A stretch of DNA of 62,033 nucleotides, the filler included. It is 3 parts of 3 records of this genome, joined end to end, with 100 filler letters (N's around TTAATTAATTAA, not from the genome) between each part and the next. Parts side by side here need not be neighbours in the genome. Positions count along the whole stretch, not along the records: positions 1 to 19,933 come from DRR378314_229; 2 more parts are not named here. One strand, 5' to 3'. Positions within the stretch are counted from its first letter, which is position 1. Each line of letters opens with the position of its first letter. Under the pieces are notes generated by a model. That model saw only the letters and a list, made by a program, of their open reading frames with translations, did not search any database and had not been told where the DNA came from. Below are positions 1 through 10,292 of this stretch, piece after piece. A program made the position numbers and the translations under genes.

Positions 1-22
1 CATAATATATATTATGCGAACC
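1..22 (-). other. dif: dif (XerCD recombination) site, truncated at window start
   Basis: Minus strand reads GGTTCGCATAA-TATATA-TTATG: an XerC arm, a 6-bp central region and the first 5 nt of the XerD arm. Compare E. coli dif GGTGCGCATAA-TGTATA-TTATGTTAAAT. Confidence 0.8.
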
Positions 23-77
23 CGTATGATCTCACAGGCATCACGTTAAAATCCTAATCATCAATGATAACCCTCAT

Positions 78-110
78 AAAAAACAGCCTGCTTTTTAAGC
101 AGGCTGTTTT
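78..110 (-). terminator. Rho-independent terminator of ectABC
   Basis: Perfect 14-bp inverted repeat AAAACAGCCTGCTT/AAGCAGGCTGTTTT with a T-run on the minus strand, 34 nt past the ectC stop. Confidence 0.85.
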
Positions 111-144
111 GTCATTAGCCAATCCGTAACGCTAACGTTAGGCC

Positions 145-543
145 TTACTCACCAGCGGGTGCAGCGTATGAGCCGTCTTCCTGGTGTACTTCATTACCGG
201 TAATTGCTGGCGTGAAGACGCATGCGACGGTCATGCCTTTTTCTTTACCGCGTAACAGATGTTCGTCGTGCTGATCCAGCAGATAAATATCGCCTGCTTT
301 GATCGGCCAGATTTTGCCATCGGCTAGGGTTTCTACTTCGCCTTCGCCTTCATAGCAAAACACAGCTTCATAGTGGTTTTTGTAATGAATATGCGTCTCA
401 GTGCCTGGGAAAATACGGGTAATATGAAATGAAAAACCCGCATTATCATTGGCTAGAACAAGACGCGTGCTGTCCCAATTGCCATTCTCGGCGGTGACAA
501 GACGATCTGTTTTACGTGCTTCTTCAAGATTACGAACGATCAT
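145..543 (-). CDS. ectC: L-ectoine synthase
   Basis: MIVRNLEE...W.S.R...GFSFHIT...[11 protein letters not shown] cupin motifs; third gene of the ectABC cluster. Confidence 0.97.
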   Translation of the reverse strand: MIVRNLEEARKTDRLVTAENGNWDSTRLVLANDNAGFSFHITRIFPGTETHIHYKNHYEAVFCYEGEGEVETLADGKIWPIKAGDIYLLDQHDEHLLRGKEKGMTVACVFTPAITGNEVHQEDGSYAAPAGE

Positions 544-627
544 AGAATTGCTCCGTTATGAGGCACTTGGTATTAACCGAAGCGGCCCAGTGCTGAATCG
601 ATGCTGCAAAATTAGCCTAACTCTACA

Positions 628-1923
<1,296 letters not shown>

Positions 1924-2009
1924 TCAAGCGTAGGACAAACTGGCGGAAACAGCGGTAACACGTAACCAGCTAGCAAGAACCGCGTATTGGCAATAGCTGG
2001 TCCGTTCCG

Positions 2010-2588
2010 TTACATGCTGTCTGTTTGAAATGGACCTATACGAACTAGGTTTTCAGGATCATGCTCCCCACCGAGTTGTTCGGTAGAGAAATATTCACGG
2101 CTATTTAAAGGGGCTTGCCAGCGTGCAGCTAAGCGGCGAAATAAGCCCCAAGAGGCCTGATTGTCTGGAGTGATCGTCGTTTCCAGGTGATGCACATTAT
2201 CAAGTTCTGGACGCGACATAATGGCTTCGACTAAGCGGCGCGCCAAGCCTGTACCACGTGCTTTTTCACCGACGGCAACCTGCCATAGAAAGTAGGTATC
2301 CGGCGCGTTGTCTTTCACATAGCCAGATACAAATCCTACTATCTCGCCCTCTTCATTTGTCGCGACCGCACAGGTGTCGCGAAACTGAGTTGCCAACAGT
2401 AAATAAGCATAAGCAGAATTAACATCAAGCGGCGGGCAAGCTTTTATCAACTCGTAGACGCCCCAACCATCATCTGCATTCGGCTTGCGAATAAATAACG
2501 GAGTAGATGCATGCCCGACCACAGCATCAGCGACTGTTGGGCGTGCAAGGTCTGCAGAAGGGGTAAAAGGTGTTATTGGCGTGCTCAT
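2010..2588 (-). CDS. ectA: Diaminobutyrate acetyltransferase
   Basis: CPPLDVNSAYAY, FLWQVAV, ETTITPDNQAS GNAT motifs; first gene of the ect operon. Confidence 0.97.
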   Translation of the reverse strand: MSTPITPFTPSADLARPTVADAVVGHASTPLFIRKPNADDGWGVYELIKACPPLDVNSAYAYLLLATQFRDTCAVATNEEGEIVGFVSGYVKDNAPDTYFLWQVAVGEKARGTGLARRLVEAIMSRPELDNVHHLETTITPDNQASWGLFRRLAARWQAPLNSREYFSTEQLGGEHDPENLVRIGPFQTDSM

Positions 2589-2620
2589 GGTTATGCTTCG
2601 CTGTAGCGAATTTGAGCGCC

Positions 2621-2649
2621 ATTATAACAGCTGATTATGAGCAATTCAA
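2621..2649 (-). promoter_or_regulatory. sigma70-type promoter of ectABC
   Basis: Minus strand TTGAAT-17 nt-TATAAT with a TG extended -10, 32 nt upstream of the ectA ATG. Confidence 0.7.
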
Positions 2650-2776
2650 AAATCATATTATTCATCCTGTCCTTTTCCATAATTTTTGGTTATCAAAGGC
2701 GTCTCTACCTGCAAAAATCAGCTGAAAGAGCCGCTGTATTGGAAGAGTTTAGATCAACCTCACATAGCTGCGAGAC

Positions 2777-2802
2777 AAAAAAGGCGAGCTAATGCTCGCC
2801 TT
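2777..2802 (-). terminator. Rho-independent terminator of gor
   Basis: AAGGCGAGC-TAAT-GCTCGCCTT hairpin with a T-run on the minus strand, just after the gor stop. Confidence 0.8.
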
Positions 2803-2823
2803 AAAAATGTAAATTTTATGTAA

Positions 2824-4206
2824 TCAATTGCGCGTAGCTGTTCTCATTGTCACAAACTCTTCCGCACCTGTTGGATGGATGCCGATGGTACGATCAAAAT
2901 CTTCTTTTGTAAGCCCAGCTCTGACCGCAATGGCGATCCCTTGTATTAATTCACCGGCCTCTTCACCGACCATGTGAGCCCCTACGACAACATCTGTCGC
3001 GTCATCAACGATTAGCTTCATTAAAGTGCGTTCTTGGCTACCAGACAAGGTGTGTTTCATTGCTTTAAAGTCCGCGCTATAAACGCGAATCTTGCCAATG
3101 TTTTCTCTGGCAGCCTCTTCAGATAGCCCTACCGTCCCAATATTGGGATGACAAAAAACCGCCGTAGGAATCGTGGCGTAGTCCAGCGGTTTAGGCAGTG
3201 TTTCATTGAAGTGGATATCGACTAACTGCATCGCCTCAGCCAGTGCTACGGGCGTCAATTCAGGCCCCTGGGTCAAATCGCCAAGCGCCAAGATCGAAGG
3301 GACCGTCGTCTCGTAGCGCGCATTTACTGGGATTTTTCCACTGCTATCAAGATGAATACCCAATGCTTCAAGCCCTAGCCCCTGCGTATTGGCATTACGT
3401 CCTGTCGCTGCTAAGACGGCATCTACCTCTTGAACATCACCGTTAGTTAAATACACGTTAAACGCCGAGCCATTGGGTTCAATCCGTTCAATATTGGTAT
3501 TGAAATGCAGATTGACGCCTTTTTTGCTCATTTCATCGCGGGTAAAAGCTCGAACTTCTTCATCAAACCCTTTTAGAAACAGCTCTCCACGATAAATCAA
3601 ATGTGTTTCACTACCGAGGCCGTTAAAAATGCTCGCGAATTCGACCGCAATATAGCCGCCTCCCAAAACCAGAAACCGCTCTGGGAAAGCGTCAAGGTCA
3701 AATATCTGGTTTGAAGTGACTGTGTATTCACTGCCAGGAAAATCAGGTACCCATGGCCAACCACCTGTCGCTAGCAGTATCTTTTGTGCGGTTACTTGGG
3801 AAACACCCTCTTCAGAGGTCAATGAAACGCTGTGTGCCCCTGTCACGGTTGCTCTAGCATGAAGCAGTACGACTCCCGCGCCCTCTAACATCCGCTGATA
3901 AATGCCATTAAGCCGTTTTATTTCACTGGTTTTATTATCGCGTAGCACTGACCACTCAAAGACAGCAGGCCCAGGCAACTGCCATCCAAAGCCTGCGGCA
4001 TCATCGAAGCTGTCGTGAAAGTGAGCCGCATAGGAGTACAGTTTTTTAGGCACGCAGCCGACATTGACACAGGTGCCGCCCAAGTAACGATCTTCTGCTA
4101 TAGCAACTCTGGCGCCGCTTGCAGCTGCCATTCGTGCGGCGCGAACACCCCCTGACCCTGCTCCAATTACCAATAAATCGTATTCATATTCCGCGTTATC
4201 TGCCAT
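2824..4206 (-). CDS. gor: Glutathione-disulfide reductase
   Basis: GAGSGG FAD motif, GGTCVNVGCVPKK redox disulfide, GGGYIAVE, C-terminal IHPTGAEEFVTMR. Confidence 0.95.
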   Translation of the reverse strand: MADNAEYEYDLLVIGAGSGGVRAARMAAASGARVAIAEDRYLGGTCVNVGCVPKKLYSYAAHFHDSFDDAAGFGWQLPGPAVFEWSVLRDNKTSEIKRLNGIYQRMLEGAGVVLLHARATVTGAHSVSLTSEEGVSQVTAQKILLATGGWPWVPDFPGSEYTVTSNQIFDLDAFPERFLVLGGGYIAVEFASIFNGLGSETHLIYRGELFLKGFDEEVRAFTRDEMSKKGVNLHFNTNIERIEPNGSAFNVYLTNGDVQEVDAVLAATGRNANTQGLGLEALGIHLDSSGKIPVNARYETTVPSILALGDLTQGPELTPVALAEAMQLVDIHFNETLPKPLDYATIPTAVFCHPNIGTVGLSEEAARENIGKIRVYSADFKAMKHTLSGSQERTLMKLIVDDATDVVVGAHMVGEEAGELIQGIAIAVRAGLTKEDFDRTIGIHPTGAEEFVTMRTATRN

Positions 4207-4378
4207 GTGCTATTCCTATCCTGAACCATTGCATGTACTTATCGGTCATGTACTTACCGACAACGGTCGTTAAGCACAAAGATTGACCTTAGATTCTGAG
4301 AAGGTTAAAACCCCTCTCTCTGTACCCTAGTTTGCTCTATCTTGAACCTAACAGCTCCTAACCTGTGACGGAGATCCA

Positions 4379-5026
4379 ATGTCTAACGCTATTGAAACAC
4401 TGCTTGATAATAATCGCGCCTGGGCAGAGCGTATGTGTGAGGAAGATCCTGACTACTTTAAACGCCTTTCCAATCAGCAAAACCCTGATTACCTCTGGAT
4501 TGGTTGTTCTGACAGTCGTGTGCCTGCTAACCAGATTATTGCCCTTCCGCCAGGCGAAGTTTTTGTCCATCGTAATGTCGCTAACCTGCTCCACCATACC
4601 GATATGAACGCACTGTCAGTTGTGCAGTTTGCGGTGGATGTACTTAAGGTCAGTCATATCATGATTGTGGGGCACTACGGTTGTGGTGGCATTAAGGCGG
4701 CAGTAACCGGCGGTGAGTGCGGGGTCGTCGATTACTGGCTGCATTCGGTGCGCGAACAGTATAACCATCACCGTAATACGCTTGAACATTTACCAATGGA
4801 AGAGCAAATTGACCGCATGTGCGAATTGAATGTAAAAGCTCAAGTTAATAGCTTGTGCCGAACCAAAATTCTGCAACGTGCTTGGCAGAGAGGCCAAGAT
4901 ATTTCAGTGCATGGTTGGGTCTATGGGTTGAGCGACGGCCGTGTAAAAGATCTCAAATGCACCATAACTGGCCTGGAGCAGGTTGAGACCCTTTATCGTA
5001 TCGACCGCCTTCAACAAAGCGACTGA
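4379..5026 (+). CDS. can: Beta-class carbonic anhydrase
   Basis: WIGCSDSRVP, FVHRNVAN and GHYGCGG zinc ligands. Confidence 0.95.
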   Translation: MSNAIETLLDNNRAWAERMCEEDPDYFKRLSNQQNPDYLWIGCSDSRVPANQIIALPPGEVFVHRNVANLLHHTDMNALSVVQFAVDVLKVSHIMIVGHYGCGGIKAAVTGGECGVVDYWLHSVREQYNHHRNTLEHLPMEEQIDRMCELNVKAQVNSLCRTKILQRAWQRGQDISVHGWVYGLSDGRVKDLKCTITGLEQVETLYRIDRLQQSD

Positions 5027-5065
5027 CACCATCTGTGCCTATCGCTCTGATGACATCGATCTCGG

Positions 5066-5590
5066 TCAGTTATAGCGGTAGGCGCGATGACAGCTTTTAC
5101 AGCTTAAGCCAACATCAGAAAATGCTCGCGTGGCCGCGCGATAGTCCTCTTGCTCGGTCGCATCGATTAGCGTCGCCACTTTTTGCTCAAGATCCGTAAA
5201 TCCCGCTGCGAAATCTTCCCACTCTTCCCAGATTTCTGGGCGAGCGTCAGACCCACGCCCATGAGTGCCGACAATAAACGCGGGCAAAAAATGAGCTTGA
5301 GTCGCTTGTTCCTGAAGCGTTGCTAACCGCGGCGCGGCTCCGCGTGCATCCTGGTTATTCACCAAGTCAAAACGCAGCTGACGCAGAAGGCTTTCTAGCT
5401 CTTTCAATTCATCCTGACGCCATATGACCGCTTCTCGCTCACTTGCAAACGGGCTCTCTTCAACCGTTTGTGGCGCTGGAACGGCATCTTCAGTAACTTC
5501 CTCTGCCATGGTCGGCGTAGTAATTGCAGCAAAGACGACCAGGGCCCAAACCGAAGGCATGAGCCATGAACGTTTTAAAGTATGTGGCAT
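5066..5590 (-). CDS. Class II cytochrome c (cytochrome c'/c556 family), exported
   Basis: Signal peptide; A.PEIWEEWEDF motif; C-terminal heme motif SCKSCHRAYR. Confidence 0.85.
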   Translation of the reverse strand: MPHTLKRSWLMPSVWALVVFAAITTPTMAEEVTEDAVPAPQTVEESPFASEREAVIWRQDELKELESLLRQLRFDLVNNQDARGAAPRLATLQEQATQAHFLPAFIVGTHGRGSDARPEIWEEWEDFAAGFTDLEQKVATLIDATEQEDYRAATRAFSDVGLSCKSCHRAYRYN

Positions 5591-5645
5591 TTTACTGACC
5601 TTATTACTGACCTTGTGATGGAGTACTTGGCTCTTCTCACCACGA

Positions 5646-6266
5646 CTAACCGATGGGGCAAGTAACGCCAGTACCTTTGAGCCCGCAGTAACCAGCGGGG
5701 TTCTTGTCTAAATACTGCTGATGATAAGCCTCCGCGTAGTAAAAAGTATTCAGCGGCTTGATCTCGGTAGTAATAGTACCTCGGCCAGCCTCATCGAGCG
5801 CCTTTTGATAGGCATTGGCACTCTTTTCAGCAGCCATCAACTGAGCAGCCGTTGTTGTGAAAATGGCAGAGCGGTACTGGCTACCCACATCGTTGCCTTG
5901 ACGATTGCCTTGAGTAGGGTCGTGCTGTTCCCAAAAAATTTGCAACAGCGTAGCCAAGGATGTGGCACTGGGGTCGTATACCACTCGAACTACCTCGGTA
6001 TGGCCTGTTTGTCCCGTACACGTTTCTTGATAAGTTGGGTTTGGTGTTTCTCCCCCGGCATAACCGGCGGCAGTGACGTAAACTCCCGGCACTTGCCAAA
6101 ACAGGCGTTCAACGCCCCAAAAGCACCCCATGCCTAACACAATTTCTTCATACCCTGCTGGGAAAGGAGGGTGAAGTGAGTGGCCAGTAACGGTATGTAC
6201 GCTGCTCGTTTCGATCGGCGTTACGCGGCCAAGTGGTGCTGAATTTGCTTTAGAAAATAGCGTCAT
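5646..6266 (-). CDS. msrA: Peptide-methionine (S)-S-oxide reductase
   Basis: GMGCFWGVE active site, [24 protein letters not shown]. Confidence 0.96.
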   Translation of the reverse strand: MTLFSKANSAPLGRVTPIETSSVHTVTGHSLHPPFPAGYEEIVLGMGCFWGVERLFWQVPGVYVTAAGYAGGETPNPTYQETCTGQTGHTEVVRVVYDPSATSLATLLQIFWEQHDPTQGNRQGNDVGSQYRSAIFTTTAAQLMAAEKSANAYQKALDEAGRGTITTEIKPLNTFYYAEAYHQQYLDKNPAGYCGLKGTGVTCPIG

Positions 6267-6275
6267 AACGCCCTC

Positions 6276-9200
6276 TTATTGCCGTGGATAAATCGTAGGG
6301 TCACCTGACCGAGTAAATGTGTAGATTAAGTCGACGGCTTGATTTGCGCCTGATACTGCCTGCACATATAGATTGCGCCAAAGTGTGTAGCGTAATGTCA
6401 GTTCTGCAATGGGCGAGAAAATGCCAACACCGTAGCTAATCCGGATATCGTCGGTTAACTGCCCTGTCAGCGCCACTTGGCTATTGTCACCTGCCCCAGT
6501 GGTATCCAAGGTCAAATCGCTAATACCAAACGCTTCCCCAATGGAGCCAACGGCTCCGCCTGTCTTACCGAGAGACATGCCGATTAAGGCGGTAGTAAGC
6601 GCACTATCAATCCCTCCTCCAGCAGCATCGGGTGCACGCCCCCTCAATAAATATGACAGCGCACGGGTTTCATCCATTGCTGGTTCAGAAAAGATCAGTA
6701 AGTTGGGCTCTTCTGCATTGCCACTAACACGAATGCCAGCAATAACCTCATCTTCCGTGATATCAGGATTACGAATTGCTTCGAAATCGAGAATTGGCAG
6801 CCCTGGAGGGCCACTGAATATCAGCTGTCCACGGCGAATCAGCAGATCCTGACTAAAGGCTTTAAAACGACCATTGATAAGGTTGACATCACCAAACAGC
6901 TGAAGTGCGCCGCTGCCTTGACGAATTTCTAACGTGCCACCCAAATCAGAATTAAGCCCATATGCTGATATTTGCATATCACGGCCCAAGGTTAGTGTGA
7001 TGAGCACATCAATGTCCATTCCTGATTGTGAAAGCTCATCAGCAGCGCTTGGCTCGCCATTGGCAGTCCGTTGCTGAGCCACTCGCTCAGCTTCTCGATC
7101 ATCGCGCTCGGTGATAATGACTTCGTCAGAGCTTGGGCTAACAGCTGAGGCAGGAAGATCGCCAACTTCTAAGCGCGCCCATGGTAGATCGACATTGCCA
7201 CGTACTTGCAAGCGATCCGGTGTTACACGAATGCGGATATCAGGCGCTGCTTCTAAACGCCCAAACTGTGGCAAAACGATTAATAATGGCTCCTGAGTCG
7301 CGTTAACATCGACACCAATACGCCAGTCGTCGCCTGCAGGAAAGTAAGCATCCCCAGCGATATTCAAGCGACCACGTTCAGCAGCAACAAAACCATTTAT
7401 GTCCCCTTGTTCGCCGTCAAACGCAACGACCAGCTCGCCATCTTTGATATCGATAGGAATATCTGGGCCATGAACGCTTAGATTACGAAGCGCAAGCTGC
7501 CCCTGTAAATCGGGCTGACTGGTGGTTCCTGCAATTTGTATACGGCCATTTAAGTCGCCCTCTAAGCGATCCATGCCCACCACCAACGGGCGGTAAGGTG
7601 CTAAAGAAAGCGCTTGGGCGCTTAGCTCGCCACTAAGACCACCACGACCAAGTGGATCACTAATGCTGAGATCGAGTGCCAGCTCACCAGCATCTGCAAA
7701 CGACAGTACAATATCGGCATCAGCTTGAGCCTGACTGGCGTCTAACTGCGTGTTTAAACTAATCACAGGAAGCTGTACGGGCTGGCCGTAATCGTTGACT
7801 GCCGTAATCGCTAACTCACTTAATACCTGAACATCGGCTTGCCACTGAGCCCCGCCTTGGCGCCAAGCTGCAACAATGTCTGCTGTCGTATCACCCTCAA
7901 AGCTCCACTCTTCTGGCAATAAAGGCTCGAGTGCTTCCATCGGCACTTCTCTGATGCTCAACACCGCGCGCCCTTGGTCGGCCGATGCGGCAATCTGTTC
8001 TTGCGAACAAACAAGCCCTCCTTCTTCGCGACGCACACAGAAAGGTGAGAGTTGCGCTTGGCCGTTAGCTAGGTTGTAACGAATATCAAGAGGGGCTTCT
8101 AAACGTAGATTGCCGAACTCGGAGTCGATTTCCAGCGGTGTTAGTTGGCCCTGATACTGCTGCGCTTGTTGATCAAAACGCCCATCTAGCGCTACAAGTG
8201 CACGGCTTAGCATGTTATCGGCTTGGCCGTCGATACTGACAGTGAGTGCGTGCTGAGATAGGCGTCCGTTAAGCTCCAGGGCAATACTTGAAAATGCCTG
8301 CCCACCTGCATTGACTTGCTGCAAACCAAGGTTAATGTCTAGCGTTGGGTCTTCGATTCCCTCGATATTGCTGGTCAGTGATAACGTTTCAATACGGTTT
8401 TCGGCAAACTGCAAATCACGGCCAGTTAATTCGGCTTCCACCTTAGGTTGGCTAATGCTACCTCTGGCCAGAATATTACCAGTTAATGTCCCCGCTAAGT
8501 CTGGATGCAGCGTTTGTAATTGTCGCAATGCAATCTCGGTATCTAGCGACATTGCTTGCTCACTAACTTGACCAGAGGCCGTTAACCGGTTGTCTCCCTG
8601 AGTGAAAAGTAGTTCTTGGATATCTACTTCAAGCGCACTGTTAGCCTCTAAAGAGGCTTGAAGCGCCAAGGGATACTCCTGGAGCTCCCCAGTAATATCG
8701 AGGACTGGCAGGCTGACTTCCCATAGCTCGCCGGTTTGACGCACACTAGCGGTAATGTCGCCATTGAGATTGCCGTTGAGCTGTTCGACAAACAGCGATG
8801 GATCGAATTGATCCAGTCGGATGGTGGTATCAACCCGTAGTGACGAAGCCCAATTCACTTCCCCTTCACTACTGAGCGAACTGTCATCAATCGTTAGGGT
8901 TAGCGGCGTCCAGCGGAACGATGAAAGATTTCCGTCGCCACTGAGTCGAATATCGGTGGCTGGCACTTGCGGGCCTTGAGCGTTTAAGGAAAGCGTTGTC
9001 TGGTAGGCTTCCAAACTGCCGCTAGCAGTGATGTCTATATCTTCAACAACATAGGGCTCTGCCGATGACTCATCGCTACTAGGTTGCGTGAGTGGCCACT
9101 GCAGGCGGTCACTCTGCAGTCTTACATTGAAAGGTAGCGTCGGTGCCAGCGCATCGACTTGAGCCTCGAACGTTGCATTAACGACACCGGCTGCCCCTAA

Positions 9201-10283
9201 ACTGGCTGTCAGCTCATCTAGGGATCCTGACAGTTCCAAAACAAGCTCTTCGCCACTTAGCTCAGGAAATATTTCGGGTAAAAACAAGGTTGTTGTTAAT
9301 CGAGCATCTAACGGATAGCTGCCTGATAATGTGGCGTTGGCTGTTAAGTTCGCCTCGGCATCAGGCGTGAGCAACTCTAATGAGCGGAGCGTTATTTGGC
9401 TGCCTTCAGCACTCGCAACCACGGCTAATCGTTCGACTTGGTAATCAACGGCTCCGCTGACAGTGACGTCAGTCACGGTGAAGGATGCTAAGTCGATATC
9501 AATGGGCAGCATTATTTCAGGTAGCTCAATTCGCTCCCGTGCTGCTAAGGCTTCGACCGCTTGACCTGGTTCTGCTATGACCGGTTGGGTAACCATAACC
9601 GCACCATCAATAGCAGATGCATGTAACGGTGTCTGGATACCTTCTGTCAGTTGAGTGCCTGCCGTGGGAGGCAAGTACACGGTTGGCTGCATGAGCGTGG
9701 TGGGCGCGATACTGACAAGATGTTGCTGCGCGGTAATCGCGGTTGAAAACGACTCCCAGCCGACGCGAGTTCCATCAGCTAGCTGCAGTTGGACGTTAGT
9801 GAACTCAACTGAACGTAGTTCAATAGGAAAAGGCAGTTGGATGCTAGGCATCCCATCAGATTCTGGTGAGTCTGGCTCCGCTTCAGTGCTCTCGCCCAAA
9901 CGTATATCTGCGCCTTCTACATGAAGTTTGTCCAGGCAAAGCTTACCTGACAGCACACAATCTTCAGCCCAGGCCAGCTCAAGGCTGTCGACGTTGATGC
10001 GTGTCTCACCAAGCGATAGTTGAAAACCGCGCAATGCAAACTGGTCAAGCAGTGCGCCTTCTTGGTGTTCATACGTAAAGAAGCCCCGTTGCTCGCCTTG
10101 AGAAAACAGTTGACCTGTTCCCCAAGGGGAGAGCGCAACGCCGAGCAGCAGAGCGACCAGACCAAATAGCCAGAGTGGCAGCACAATGACTAACCGTACA
10201 AGACTCCACAAAAACAACCCAATGCGATGTTTAACTGAGAGCGGTTGACGCTTGATAGATGCCGCTTTTGCAACCTTAGCCAA
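6276..10283 (-). CDS. tamB: Translocation and assembly module subunit TamB
   Basis: 1335 aa; N-terminal membrane anchor, beta-taco-like repeats, DUF490-like C-terminus (ALSYLLRGR, YGVGIF); directly downstream of tamA. Confidence 0.9.
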   Translation of the reverse strand: MAKVAKAASIKRQPLSVKHRIGLFLWSLVRLVIVLPLWLFGLVALLLGVALSPWGTGQLFSQGEQRGFFTYEHQEGALLDQFALRGFQLSLGETRINVDSLELAWAEDCVLSGKLCLDKLHVEGADIRLGESTEAEPDSPESDGMPSIQLPFPIELRSVEFTNVQLQLADGTRVGWESFSTAITAQQHLVSIAPTTLMQPTVYLPPTAGTQLTEGIQTPLHASAIDGAVMVTQPVIAEPGQAVEALAARERIELPEIMLPIDIDLASFTVTDVTVSGAVDYQVERLAVVASAEGSQITLRSLELLTPDAEANLTANATLSGSYPLDARLTTTLFLPEIFPELSGEELVLELSGSLDELTASLGAAGVVNATFEAQVDALAPTLPFNVRLQSDRLQWPLTQPSSDESSAEPYVVEDIDITASGSLEAYQTTLSLNAQGPQVPATDIRLSGDGNLSSFRWTPLTLTIDDSSLSSEGEVNWASSLRVDTTIRLDQFDPSLFVEQLNGNLNGDITASVRQTGELWEVSLPVLDITGELQEYPLALQASLEANSALEVDIQELLFTQGDNRLTASGQVSEQAMSLDTEIALRQLQTLHPDLAGTLTGNILARGSISQPKVEAELTGRDLQFAENRIETLSLTSNIEGIEDPTLDINLGLQQVNAGGQAFSSIALELNGRLSQHALTVSIDGQADNMLSRALVALDGRFDQQAQQYQGQLTPLEIDSEFGNLRLEAPLDIRYNLANGQAQLSPFCVRREEGGLVCSQEQIAASADQGRAVLSIREVPMEALEPLLPEEWSFEGDTTADIVAAWRQGGAQWQADVQVLSELAITAVNDYGQPVQLPVISLNTQLDASQAQADADIVLSFADAGELALDLSISDPLGRGGLSGELSAQALSLAPYRPLVVGMDRLEGDLNGRIQIAGTTSQPDLQGQLALRNLSVHGPDIPIDIKDGELVVAFDGEQGDINGFVAAERGRLNIAGDAYFPAGDDWRIGVDVNATQEPLLIVLPQFGRLEAAPDIRIRVTPDRLQVRGNVDLPWARLEVGDLPASAVSPSSDEVIITERDDREAERVAQQRTANGEPSAADELSQSGMDIDVLITLTLGRDMQISAYGLNSDLGGTLEIRQGSGALQLFGDVNLINGRFKAFSQDLLIRRGQLIFSGPPGLPILDFEAIRNPDITEDEVIAGIRVSGNAEEPNLLIFSEPAMDETRALSYLLRGRAPDAAGGGIDSALTTALIGMSLGKTGGAVGSIGEAFGISDLTLDTTGAGDNSQVALTGQLTDDIRISYGVGIFSPIAELTLRYTLWRNLYVQAVSGANQAVDLIYTFTRSGDPTIYPRQ

Positions 10284-10292
10284 AATGCTCTC

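Noticed and set aside
60-78. Fur-box-like AATGATAACCCTCAT
   Set aside because: Only about 12 of 19 matches, and it lies downstream of a terminator with no gene start nearby.
544-627. Possible sigma54 promoter upstream of ectC (AGGCTAATTTTGCA on the minus strand)
   Set aside because: GG-to-GC spacing is 8 or 11 nt, not the required 10.
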